Below the pieces are notes generated by a model, which searched no databases, was not told the origin of the DNA, and was given only the letters and a program-made list of their open reading frames with translations. A stretch of DNA of 64,000 bases, taken from assembly GCA_030704615.1 (NCBI GenBank), contig CM060734.1, positions 42,718,001 through 42,782,000 of the forward strand. The letters run 5' to 3'. This document shows positions 1-11,590 of this stretch, one piece after another. This DNA comes from Takakia lepidozioides (lineage: Eukaryota > Plantae > Bryophyta). The position numbers and the translations under genes are program-made. Every line of letters begins with the position of its first letter. Within the stretch, counting starts at the first letter, position 1.

Positions 1-158
1 CTTTATCAGGAAGTTTGACTTAAGGAAGTTTGACTTAAGGCTCTCAAGTCAAACCTCTAAGATATTCATATTATGGAGAGTAAGTACCTAGTTATTCTGG
101 AAATTTCTAGGGAACTTTCCTCCTCTATCTAGAACCTTCTAGATTCTACCTTGTTACA
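1..158 (-). repeat. 3' LTR (partial) of chromovirus 1
   Basis: Matches the distal part of 4993-5410 (…ctagaaccttctagattctaccttgttaca). Minus-strand PPT GAAAGAGGGGATGAT lies at about 159-173. Confidence 0.9.
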
Positions 159-169
159 ATCATCCCCTC

Positions 170-3100
170 TTTCAAGAAGCAACATCCTCGTTGTTCGAAT
201 TTTCAAAAGCTTGAATTGCCAATTGAGCATTTGCGAGATTTTGCACCGGTTCCCAGGTAGCTTCATATAATGGAAATCCTTTTCATAAAACCAAATACTC
301 CAACACCTCATGTCGCCCTCGTTTGTATGTGCGTTTTTTCAGAACACGGTCGACCTCCCACTCTTCATTTCCGTCTATCAACTCTGGTAAAGGTTGTGGT
401 TCTTGATTATCTTTGAATATTGATGGTCGAGGTTCGTAACGACGTAGTAGAGAAACGTGAAACACCGGGTGGATCTTCATATGTGGTGGTAACTCCAGCT
501 TGTATGTTACTGCTCCAATGCGTTTAATGATCGAAAAAAGACCAATGAACCATACCCCTAGTTTTCGCGATCCAATGATGTGTAAATTGGTTGTAGACAA
601 CTACACTTGATTCCCAACTACAAATCCCGTCAACGTGCATTTGCATACTGCTTTTGGCGATTTTGGGCAACCATCAGCTTTTCTTTAGCTTGACGTACTC
701 CCCGTCGAATTTGTTGCACAAACGCGTTAGTCGCGGCTATCTTGGATAACTCCTCTTTTGGTAAATTGAACTTCGTAAGAGTTGTTGGCACATTTGGGTG
801 TTCACCATACATCAAAAAGAAAGGAGTTTATTTCGTTGACGCGTTGATCGAGTTATTGTATGAAAATTCTACCAATGGTAATAACCAATCCCACTCTTCT
901 TGTTCTTCTAAAGTAAAGGCCTGCAACATGTCTTCAATTGTACGATTTGCTCGCTCTGTTTGTCCATATGACTCCGGATGATAAGCTGTTGACATAACTA
1001 ATGTGGTTTTAAAAAGATCAAATAAGCATTTCCAAAACAAGCTAGTAAATTGGGTATCCCTATCAGTAATGAGAACTTTAGATAGCCCATGATGAGAATA
1101 GACCGCTTCCAGATATAGTCGAGCTAGTTCAGGTGCAGTGACAAATTTTCTAGTGGGACGGATGTGTATCATCTTACTCAATTTGTCTACAAAGACCATT
1201 ATAGTGTCGTATCCCGATGAGGTTTGAGGTAACTCACAAACTAAATCCATGCTCATATGTTCCCAACGTCTGTTTGGTACTGGTAGTGGTTGTAAAAGAC
1301 CTGCTGGCTTGCAGTTTGTTGACTTGTTTTGTTGACATCTCATGCAACTTCGAACGTACGTCTCCACCTCGTCTCGCATCCGTGGCCAATAGAATGTTTG
1401 TTTAAGTTGTTCGAATGTTTTTTCAACTCCAACATGTCCTGCTATTGCCGTATCATGAGCTTCAAACAAGACTTCTGTCTTCAATGCAGGTTCATCAGGG
1501 ATCCAAAGTTTACCTTCCTTGAATACCAACCCTCGAACTTCTGTCACTTTGCCCTTCTTTTTAGCGTCCACGATCTCCCCATCATCTTTAGAAGCTGTCG
1601 CTATCTTATTCCACCAATCGGGTTGAATGTTGATTTCTGTCAATGTGTTCATGCGCGACATCTTTGTCATTGCATCTGCCAATTGCCGTTTTCCCTCCAC
1701 ATAGACGATCTTCATATTAAATTGTTGTTGCCACTCCGCCCAACGAATCTGTCTCTTCGATAGATCTTTTTGTGTCTCTAAGTACACCAACGGTTTATGG
1801 TCTATTTCAACTATGAACTATTTGTCTTCAAGATAGTGTTTCCAATGTTTTGTACCCAAAATAATAGCCAATTCTTCTCGTTTGGTTGTATGGTAATTTT
1901 GTTCCGCAGGTAACAATTTGCGAGAAAAATATGCCACTGGGTGCCATCCGTCTTCTCATTCTTGTTGTAATACCCCACCCATTGCTGAGCTTGACGCATC
2001 TACCGAGAGCTTGATTAGTCTTGTCGGATCATACCATTTCAAGATCGGGGCATGAAGCAACGCATCCTTCAAGGCCTGAAATGCTAACTCCTCTTCTGTA
2101 CCCCACTTCCATTTAATTCTTTTGCCCAAAAGATTTGTCAATGGTTGGGCAATCTTTGAGAATACCCGTACAAATCGTCTGTAAAATCCGGTAAGGCCAA
2201 GAAAACTCCTTAATTGGGTAATGTCTTTAGGGGCTATCCACTGCTGAATAACTTCTATTTTCTCACTCATTACCTCAATTCCCTTCCTACTCACGCGATG
2301 CCCAAGATAATCTACTTCTTGTTTTCCAAACTCACATTTAGATGCTTTGGCATATAGCTGATTCTCACGGAGAACTTGTAATACTTGTTTGAGGTGGTTT
2401 CTATGCTCGACAAGGCTGTTACTATAGATCATAATATCATCTAAAAAGACTATCACAAATCTATCTAAGAATGAGCGAAATATATCATTCATGAGGCCCA
2501 TGAATGTGGCTGGGGCATTGGTGAGACCAAATGGCATAACCATGTATTCAAAATGTCCATACATAGTGCGGAAAGCGGTCTTATATACATCTTCATCAGC
2601 GACTCAAATTTGGTTGTATCCACTCCTCAGATCAAGCTTCGTAAAGTATTTTGCTCTTCGCAGTTGGTCAAATAGATTGTCCATGCGTGGTAACGGGTAC
2701 TTGTTCTTCATTGTCTACTGGTTGAGTGCTCGATAATCAATGCACATGCGCATTGCTCCATCTTTTTTCTTCACAAACAACACCGACGCTCCATACGAGG
2801 ATACACTTGGTCTTATAAAGCCTTTTGATAGTAGGTCCTCGATTTGAGCCTTACATTCTTCTAACTCGTTTGGTGCTAATCGATAAGGGACTTTACAAGA
2901 ATGAGTACTACTTGGAACAACCTCAATCTTATGATCTACTATTCTCTTTGGCGGGAGCTGTGCTGGTAGGTCATCTGAAAAGACATCTTTGAACTCTTTC
3001 AATATATTCTGTAATTCTATAGGGACCTCACTCATGTCTTTTTTCGGATTTTTCACGTCTCTTATTAAACCTACAAATAATAAGTTTTTTTTACATATAG

Positions 3101-3620
3101 CTGTAGTACCTATAACAAATGATGGTAGATTTCGATATGGTGTCCTCACTGGATCTCCCCATATTTTCCAATTCTGGATTTTGACTATCTTTCTACGTCA
3201 ATCAACATCAGGGTTGTGAGATTCCATCCAAGGCATGTCTAATATTACGTCATATCGAGCCAGTCTGACCACTCGCCATTCTAAGGTTTCTCTATATTTA
3301 CCAATCGACAACTCTATATTTTTATGTAGTGTCTCAATGGCATCTGTATGTCCATTTGACATTTCTACTTCCTCTCTTTCATCATTTTCTAAGGGGAGTC
3401 CTAGTTTCAAGACAGCCTTTCTAGATAAGAAGTTTTCTGTTGCCCCAGGGCCTATTAACACTCTCACATGAATACATTCCAAGGTTCCATCTGCCACAAT
3501 TAACTGCGTCTCTATCTTGCCCGCATGATTCATTTGTCTCTTCTCCTTGTATGGCCTCTCGCCTCTCTTCTTCTTTGTAGAACCAGTAAGACAGCGAGGT
3601 CTACTTACTGGTTGTCCTCG
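170..3620 (-). pseudogene. pol: pol (PR-RT-RH-IN-chromodomain) of chromovirus 1, disrupted
   Basis: ORFs 3198-3533, 2715-3149, 1956-2564, 828-1790, 630-815 and 283-600 give the domains in order. Confidence 0.92.
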
Positions 3621-3626
3621 TTTTCC
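3555..3626 (-). promoter_or_regulatory. Putative -1 ribosomal frameshift signal at the gag/pol junction
   Basis: Slippery-like G GAA AAC (3626-3620), a 6-nt spacer, then a perfect 10-bp stem AACCAGTAAG/CTTACTGGTT. pol lies in the -1 frame. Confidence 0.7.
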
Positions 3627-4357
3627 TGCTCATTGTGATATTCGTTATCTTCTCTTCTCCTTAAACTGTTAAGAGGTTTTCGATAAGTTTGTCGATTGTA
3701 CCTTCCACTTCGGCAGTTGGCTGCAAGATGTCCGTATTTTCCACAGTTGTAACATTGTCGAGTTTCCCTTTGTCCTTCTGTTCGTGAGAATGTTGAGGAG
3801 GTAACATCATTGTCATTCAATTTCATTCGCCGCTGTGTATTATCTTCCCCATATCTGATTCTCGGCCTATTTCTTTGAGAGTATTGGAAGTTATCCCGTC
3901 TTCGAAGATTTCCAAGCTTCATAGGCGTTGGTCCGTATTGGTTCAATGGAACGTGTATACCTTCGTCATATTTTGGTAGCGTCTCTTCAATCTTTTGGGC
4001 CAATGAAATTGCTTCGTGGACATCAATCGGGTTGTGTAAAATTACCTCTCATTGAATTTTCTTCTTCAATCCTCTTTTGAAGTTGTCTAAAGCTTCTGCA
4101 GGACTCATGTCTTCGATTTGGACCTGAAGATATGTCTTGATCATCTTTTGCAGCAACGTATCCGACCCATCAGCAACCAGTCCCCGGGCGGTTGATTGTC
4201 TCACTTGTTTAAGCTCCTCCATCAACACGTTGTTTTGTTGTTGGGTCGTGACAAGAACATTCTACAATTTGTGTAAGCGCTCCATTATCCACACCGTCTG
4301 ATCATTGGCTTGATGAGTAGTGTGTGCGTTGTCCACCACTTCTTCATTGTCCGCCAT
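3605..4357 (-). pseudogene. gag: gag of chromovirus 1, with in-frame stops and an apparent internal deletion
   Basis: ATG at 4357 is in frame with ORF 3605-4003, which contains the zinc knuckle. The capsid region is short. Confidence 0.75.
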
Positions 4358-4978
4358 CTTGCTCCACTACTCCTTCCTTCGTGGTGTTTGTCTTCTAAAA
4401 TTAATGTATACTATCTCTATTCTCTTATCTTATTACAGTATGTAAATAGTGCAATCCCAAACCATCCCGTACGTGACTATTGGTAATACAAAAGGGACGT
4501 TTGAACTCATGACAAGGTTCATGAATTCTACCCCAAATTCTGCAATTAAAAATCTCACAAGATGATGCTTGTCGATGGCGCGCACATTCACTAAATACAT
4601 TTGGCAGTGGAAAATTAGGCAGAAAATGTCTACTTCGATCCATGAGCTATGTATACCTTCCAATTTCTAATTATAGGAAAGACGACAGGTCGTGGGTTTT
4701 GTAACACTTCTTGATATTGTTCCTCTCCAAATCTCTGTACTATCATATCTTTAATTTCTGCTTTACGACGACATATAATTTTAAACTCACACTCCGAAGG
4801 AAAATCACGGAAAGGGGATTGATTTAAGTCCATAAAATTTTTATACTATCGTTATGGCGCACTATCACTACTATCTATTCAACACTTAAAAATATTAACA
4901 ACAAGAATCTCTTAAAAAAAAACATCTTAATCGAATCCTCCTAAAGAAGGTATTCACTCCCAACTTTAAGAAAGACTA

Positions 4979-4991
4979 GGCTTTGATACCA
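4979..4991 (-). promoter_or_regulatory. Primer-binding site (tRNA-iMet type)
   Basis: Minus strand TGGTATCAAAGCC immediately inside the 5' LTR. Confidence 0.85.
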
Positions 4992-4992
4992 T

Positions 4993-5410
4993 TGTAACAC
5001 CCAAGATCTACACAAACTAGAATAGAAGTACTTCTCAATTTTTTCCCAAAACAACTCGATGCCTTCTAGGCTTTCATTGCAGGTTTATATACCCTTCACA
5101 ATATGATTATTTTAAAGGTTTGACTTGAGAGTCTCAAGTCAAAGCCTCCTAAAGTCAACCTTACTAGGTTTGATATATTCTCCACAATACGACTTTATCA
5201 AAGATACTTGCTAAAGTCAACCTTCATAGGTTTGACATATTCTCTACAATATTTACCAAAGATTTGACCTGAACTCCATAATATGAATATCTTAGAGGTT
5301 TGACTTGAGAGCCTCAAGTCAAACTTCTTAGGTTCATTCCTAGTTATTCTGGAAACTTCTAGGGAACTTTCATCCTTTATCTAGAACCTTCTAGATTCTA
5401 CCTTGTTACA
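4993..5410 (-). repeat. 5' LTR of chromovirus 1
   Basis: TGTAAC...GTTACA termini. Contains internal ttgacttgag/ctcaagtcaa palindromes. Confidence 0.9.
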
Positions 5411-8343
5411 CATGGTGAAGATCATGATTCATCCACTTCAGTTTTGTATGGAGAAAGAAAATTTAATGGACCACCATTTAAATTCAATAAGAAGCTCATA
5501 CTGGCCCTAATTTTAATACTGGTCATAATTTTTCCAATGGTCCAAGAAAATCAGTAATTAGATGCTTTTATTGCAACTTGGTAGGTTACCACATACAAAA
5601 CTGTTAATTAAAAAAAATTGTAGGAAGAAAATGTCGGCTGAAAGGAGAAATGGTCATATTCATACCAATAGTTCCGTTTCCCAAGAAACCAAATTATTTG
5701 TAACTTCATTATCTGCTGAAATTGCGGAAGATTCATGGTATATAGATGCAAGTGCTTCACAACACATGAGAGCCAACCAAGCATGTTTTATCATATTTCA
5801 AAGACTAGATCCTATACAACAAGTGTATTTAGGCGACAATTCTAGCCATCCCATTCATGGTTAGGGTACCATTAAGCTTATGCTATCCACATGAGATGAA
5901 AAGTCAATTGATAATGTGCTATTTGTACCTGGGTTCAGGAAAAATTTAATTTCTGCTAGTCAGGCCTTAGATGCCAAATACAACTTTAGTTTTTTCCCAA
6001 TTCATTGTATGGTCCAGCATAATAAAATAGCTGTTATTTGTCTCAGAGATGGTAAACTCTATAGAATTGGTAAATCAATATGTCAAAATACCCTAGATAA
6101 CTTTGAAGCAAATGCTATACAACATACCATAGTCAACGAATCTGAGTTATGGCACATACGCTTGGGGCATGTAGGCATAAGGAAATTAAAATTGCTTCAC
6201 ACACGTCCATATGTGCACAAAATAAATTTAACACACAATCCTCATATTAATCTATGTTCTAGTTGCTTTTATGGAAAACAAATTAGAAATAAATTTCCTT
6301 CACAAGGAGGACATAGAGGTGAACAAGTCTTAGAATTAATTCATAGCGATATCTGTGGTCCTATGTCAGTCCCCTCACATTGTGGGTACATTTATATTTT
6401 AATATTTATAGATGATGCGTTGAGATGGACAAATTTTTTTTTTTCTCTAAAGAGTGAAACTTTTGGATGTTTTCAAATATTTAGAACCTTTGCTGAAGTA
6501 TATATGTCCAAGAAGCTAAAGACTCTCCGTACAGATGGCGGGGGGAGTATATTTCTAGTTAATGTAAACATTACTGTAGAGATAATGGTATTTCACGTGA
6601 CCGACACTCCTCAAACGTTTGCGGAAGCTATGACAAGTCAAGATGCTGACTAATGGATGGATGCAATTCAAGATGAGTACAATTCTTTAATGACCAATAA
6701 AACTTGGACTCTTACAAAATTACCTGAAGGAAGACATGCAATCGGATGCAAATGGTTATTTCGAATTAAAACTAAATCTTATGGATCTATAGACCACTAT
6801 ACAGCGCGTCTGATGGCAAAAGGTTATACCCAAATTTTTGGAGTGGATTTTGAAGATACCTTCTCTCCCGTAGTAAAAATGACTTCACTTCGGATGCTAC
6901 TAGCATTCGTGCTCATTATTATTTGGAAATAATACAAATGGACGTAAAAACCGCGTTTCTACATGGTGATCTTCATGAAGAGTTATATATGCAGCAATCA
7001 AAAGGGTTCATCAATAAGGGAAAAGAATATTTAGTATATGCATAAGTCTATTTATGGTTTAAAACATGCGTCTAGATCATGGAATATGATATTTACTAGA
7101 AACTGATTTCCCAAAAATGTATAACAGATGGTAACGTCTATATTAAGAGAGATGGGGACAGTTATCTAATTATAGCTCTATATGTGATGATTTATTTATA
7201 TTTACCAATGAGCCTAAGGGATTATTAATTGAAGTAAAATAATGGTTATGCAAAATTCCAACTGACATATAAGACTGAACTAAGTTATGGACTTGGAAAA
7301 GAGGTGAATAGAGAAAGAGAACGGAACACAACTCACTTGAGTCAATCTAAGTATATTAGTGATATTCTGAAGAGATTTAATATGGAACATAGTAAACCTG
7401 TAAGTACTCTAGAAGCTGGGTTGAAGTTATCTAAAGAACAAAGTCCAAAGTCAAAAGTAGAAATCGTATAAAGAAGCAGTAGGAAGCCTAGTTTTTGCTA
7501 TGACATGTACACGGCCGGATATTGCCTATGCCGTTACAAATGTTTCTCAACACTTAAATAATCCAGGACCACTGCATTGGTCAGCAGTTAAAAAAAAAAT
7601 CGTTATTTAAAAGGTACTATTAAAACTGATATCAAATATATTAAAGATGAAAATCAACAAGATTTAATGATCTTGGGGTATACCGATGCCGATTGGGCAG
7701 GAGACCCTGATGAAAGAAGATCTACTACTGGATACGTCTTTGTAGTTGCAGGGGGGCCGTAAGTTGGGCCAGTAAAAGGCAGACCTCTACGGTTTATATC
7801 TACAACCGAGGCTCAGTATATTGCCTCTCCTTTAGCGGCAAAAGAAGCCATTTGGCTTAGGAGATTAATGGCAGGTTTAGGCCGTGCACCTCAAACAGCT
7901 ACTATTATTAAGTGTGATAATCAAAGCGCAATTGCGTTGACAACGAATCCAAAATATCATTCAAAATCAAAACATGTTGAAATACAATTCCATTATATAA
8001 GAGAAAAAATACTTAGTGGAGAATTAAAATTAGAATATTGCACTAGTGAGGAAATGGCTTCAGATTTTCTTACGAAAAGCGTATCTAGATAAAAACATTT
8101 ATATTGTATGCAGATGTTAAGTGTAACACTTCATGGGAGTGTTAAGATTATGAAGTGTTAGTACTATCCTAGATATTATGAGTACCATTAGTCATGACCA
8201 TTAATATCATAAATAGGAAGAGTTACATTACTCAGTATATGTAGACCTTTTTATAAACATAAACACACGCAGCTTTTATCTAGATTTGTTTGAATGTCTT
8301 CTCTTCTAGTCCTCGTCTTTGATGCTTGATCATAAACTTATCA
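5411..8343 (+). mobile_element. Ty1/Copia retrotransposon remnant (3' part), host of chromovirus 1
   Basis: gag knuckle (CFYCNLVGYHIQNC, about 5563), protease WYIDASASQHM, GAG-pre-integrase WHIRLGH, integrase HSDICGP/TDGGG (rest deleted near 6597), RT (AIGCKW, MDVKTAF) and RNase H (DADWAG, CDNQSAI). PPT near 8133. Probable 3' LTR 8139-8343 (TG...CA). Confidence 0.9.
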
Positions 8344-9859
8344 TGGCAATCCCTGGGGCTGGCCCTTAGAGAACAAGCCCACCAAGACAAACGTGCAACA
8401 ACCCTCCCATTCCCTGAGCTTGTATGAAATACAGACTGCACCTTGAAGGCTAACTTGGACAAACTAAAAGTAAACCTACATAGTATATCACAATTGTACA
8501 ACGAAACAAACCTAACAACCATTCAAAAAATGCAAAAGAAGACCACCATCCTTGACTAATGTTCAATATTTCTGAAACATGAGAAGGTATCATCCAAGTG
8601 GGACAGTCCTCCTCGCCGATTCCAAGTTTAACTTGAGTTGGAAAACAAAAACTGAAGTAACACCGGACAGAGTTCCAAACAGAGGATAGGGGGTTTCTTG
8701 TAGACCTGAATTTTTAAGTAGTTGCATCATATCGAAGAAACCAGAAGCTACTAGGAAAGAAGTGCAAGAGCTTTAGGAGTTGCGAGAATATTTTTTATTC
8801 TACCACTCTGCCTAAACTCAGGCTTGTAATGGCAAATGCAGCGACTAGATTATCATGTGAGACATCGTAGCTCTAGATCTTCTTAACTCCCTTACAGCTA
8901 CGTCTGAAGCTTTATGACAGGCGGAAAGACAAAAAAACCACCTACACGACAGGCTGGGTCGAAATCCTGCATGCTGCAAGAAACACCCATAAACAGAACA
9001 AAGAAAAACACATGCACACAGATAGCAAATTATATTGACCTCTGATGTGGCACGTCGATCGCTTGGCATTGTGAGCCGAGACGTTGGTCCACCGCCATGT
9101 GACATCTTCCCGAGTAGGAGAACTGGATTAAAAGAGTGTAAAAGTAAAAGATAGTCGGCACGAGGTTGACACTGCTGATCTCTTGTCCACGTCCAGTGCT
9201 CCTCCTCAACAGTCCTTCCGTGGACACACAGTACTTTGCAGCAAAGGCAACATTTCAGGGTGGTGAGAAAGTTCTCTAAAGTACAGATTCTTCCCAACAT
9301 GGTCCAGTATTTGGTCTCATGCTAAATAAATAGGTGCAGGGCATCCTGCGTAACCGCAGATCTACCAAGTTGTCATTTTCTTATTGGATCATAACCAGGG
9401 TTCATAGTGCATAATATGCATTATGGATTGTGTTTGGAACAATTTGACTTCCTTGCAACATCTTGCTCAAGGTGCATGCATGTCAGGCGATCAATTATCG
9501 TACAATTTGAAAGGATCTGATTCATATATGGTTTGGACAGGAGTGGAAGCTGAGAGCCCGAACAGCCAGCAACATAGCTGTCTGGGGCCCAACGTGGAGC
9601 TGAAGAGAGAAGAGCGACAGCGAAAGCAGGCCAGCCCCCGAGGAACAAGAAGCTAGTCATCAAAACTGAGCCTGGTGGAGTGCTTCCCACTTATGTGCTT
9701 CCAATCAACTTCCCTTTCGAACTCAGGTAAGTCATGGAAGTGTTGTTGAGGACCCCTGCCAGCCGAGAGGGGATGCCCCGCTTGATGACGAAGATGACGA
9801 AGCGCAGTTGCATAGGATGTCGTCCTTCCCAGGTGTCTTGGAATTTGCGGAGGAGCTGT

Positions 9860-10480
9860 TTGAACGAGAGGCCAAGTTTTCATGGGGATGGAGCAGTAGA
9901 GTAGACAGTACTCCAACGATTCGGAGACCCCTAGGTGGCAACATTTACATATTATTGCCTCTGTGAAATTCAGCCAAGCCCCCACTTTGAGTACTCTGAT
10001 TGCAAGCTGCCAGAGGAAGGCGGCAATCTTGGATGGCCTGAGCTTGTTCCAAATGGTCACCCATATGAGATCCCACTTGGCTTGATGGAGATTGTGGCCA
10101 GCCCATTTTGAGTTCCATTTTTCTAAAAATTGTTGTGGCTGGATCAGAGTTCGGTAGGCCACTTTGGCAGAGTAGTTGAAGAATGGTGGTTGAGAGTTTT
10201 GAAATTCCATGACCACTCCTTCGGATCTATTGTCAGCCCCATCAGTGGGCTGCCCTCGACCCAGAGAAACATGTGGCGGGACAGCCAAGATGCAAGGATT
10301 TGGTCAGGCGGGGCCACAGGGTTCATATCTTTATCTGGAGAAGACCACTGACATATTCTGCCAGGGGTAAACTGCCCCCTAGAGATTGTGATTGGGATCA
10401 TTGAGTCCAGGGGGAGAACGTTTGAGAGTATGGGCTTGCTGAGTGGCATCCCCCTGGAGTTGTCAGTCTGAGTAGAAGTG
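9860..10480 (-). mobile_element. LINE (L1-like) ORF2 3' fragment with zf-RVT domain
   Basis: WDLIWVTIWNKLRPSKIAAFLWQL...CKCC....ESLEYCLLYC matches the plant LINE zinc-binding region. Confidence 0.75.
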
Positions 10481-11590
10481 ATGTAGATGACTCTGTTGGG
10501 TGCCCCTTCTAAAATTGTTAAAAGAAGAAGAAAGAAAAACACTACTAGGGCCTAATCTCTGCTCCCCTCTTACTCCCTATTTCTCTTCATTGTTTGTGCC
10601 CTACAAAACTCTAGTTTGATCCGAGGCGAGGCTTGCAAAGTCTGAGACCAGACAGAAGCGAAAGAGAAAGAGAGTGCAAATACTACCTAGGTTGATGACA
10701 CCAGTACAGCCATTGCACCCCATTTAGAAGCTTCAATCACTCTCACTGCATGAACTTGGCCCATTCTGCAACGCGATGAACTTCTCCTTCTCACCTCCAC
10801 CTCCAGTGTACCTGCTCCCGTAGTTAGCAACTATTTTCTTGTGTGAATGGCATGGACACCAGTTGATACAGACAAGATGTGAATGCAGGGGCATGTTGGC
10901 CCTGTTCTACTCTTCCAGCTGCACAGGCATACTACATGCGTAGAAAAGAATCGTTTGCTGAAACAGGTGCTTTGGTTAGTGCCACAGCCATTGTTTAGCA
11001 AGGGCAGCGATTCCCATGCTTCCTGCCCACAACCGAGGCAATGCTACATTGCTGTGGCTTGCTAATTGAGTTACAGTTATAGATCACTATGTCCACAGAG
11101 ATGGTATTACAAACTGATACAGATGGGGAGGGAAAGAAATAGAAGTTTGAGTTCCCAGAGGCTGACAGGCTACGAAGAGGAAAAAGATGGAAGAGAAAGA
11201 ATGGCCGACGGTTTGTCACCGCTGGTAGTCTTGTAAGCATCTGCTGATCATCGACTGCAGCAGCAGGGGACCAAACAAAAACAATAAACGAACGGATACA
11301 GAAACACTGATGGGAAAGAAACCAAGATAAGAGAGAGGGACCCTCAAACCCTAAACCCAGACTTTAGCAAGGACTTCAGGACTAAGGATTTACATCTGCA
11401 ACGGGTTTACTGATCTGAGATAGGGTGCATCCTCATGTGTAGGTGAGTCTCCTTTACTGTGATGGCACGCTGAAAGTATAGAATGCATGAGAAAGTGTAA
11501 CCTGGGGTGTTTTTCCATTGCCCATGTTCGAATTACAGTGCTTTGAACCGGACGCCAAGAAGTGGGTTCTAGAAATCCGGCAGGAAACAG

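Larger units (their letters stand above)
1..5410 (-). mobile_element. Ty3/Gypsy chromovirus LTR retrotransposon, decayed; 3' LTR cut by the window edge
   Basis: Minus-strand gag with a CCHC knuckle (CYNCGKYGHLAANC), protease, RT (FLDD), RNase H, integrase (HH-CC, GPY/F region) and chromodomain (EWEVDRVL...YLVL*KGFPLYEATWEP). Many stops and frameshifts. LTR, PBS and PPT are present. Confidence 0.95.

Noticed and set aside
8845-9690. Short ORFs between the Copia and LINE remnants
   Set aside because: No recognisable motifs or consistent exon structure.
10680-11240. Possible first exon of a gene divergent from ALG8
   Set aside because: Transit-peptide-like composition only; frames are broken and no domain was recognised.
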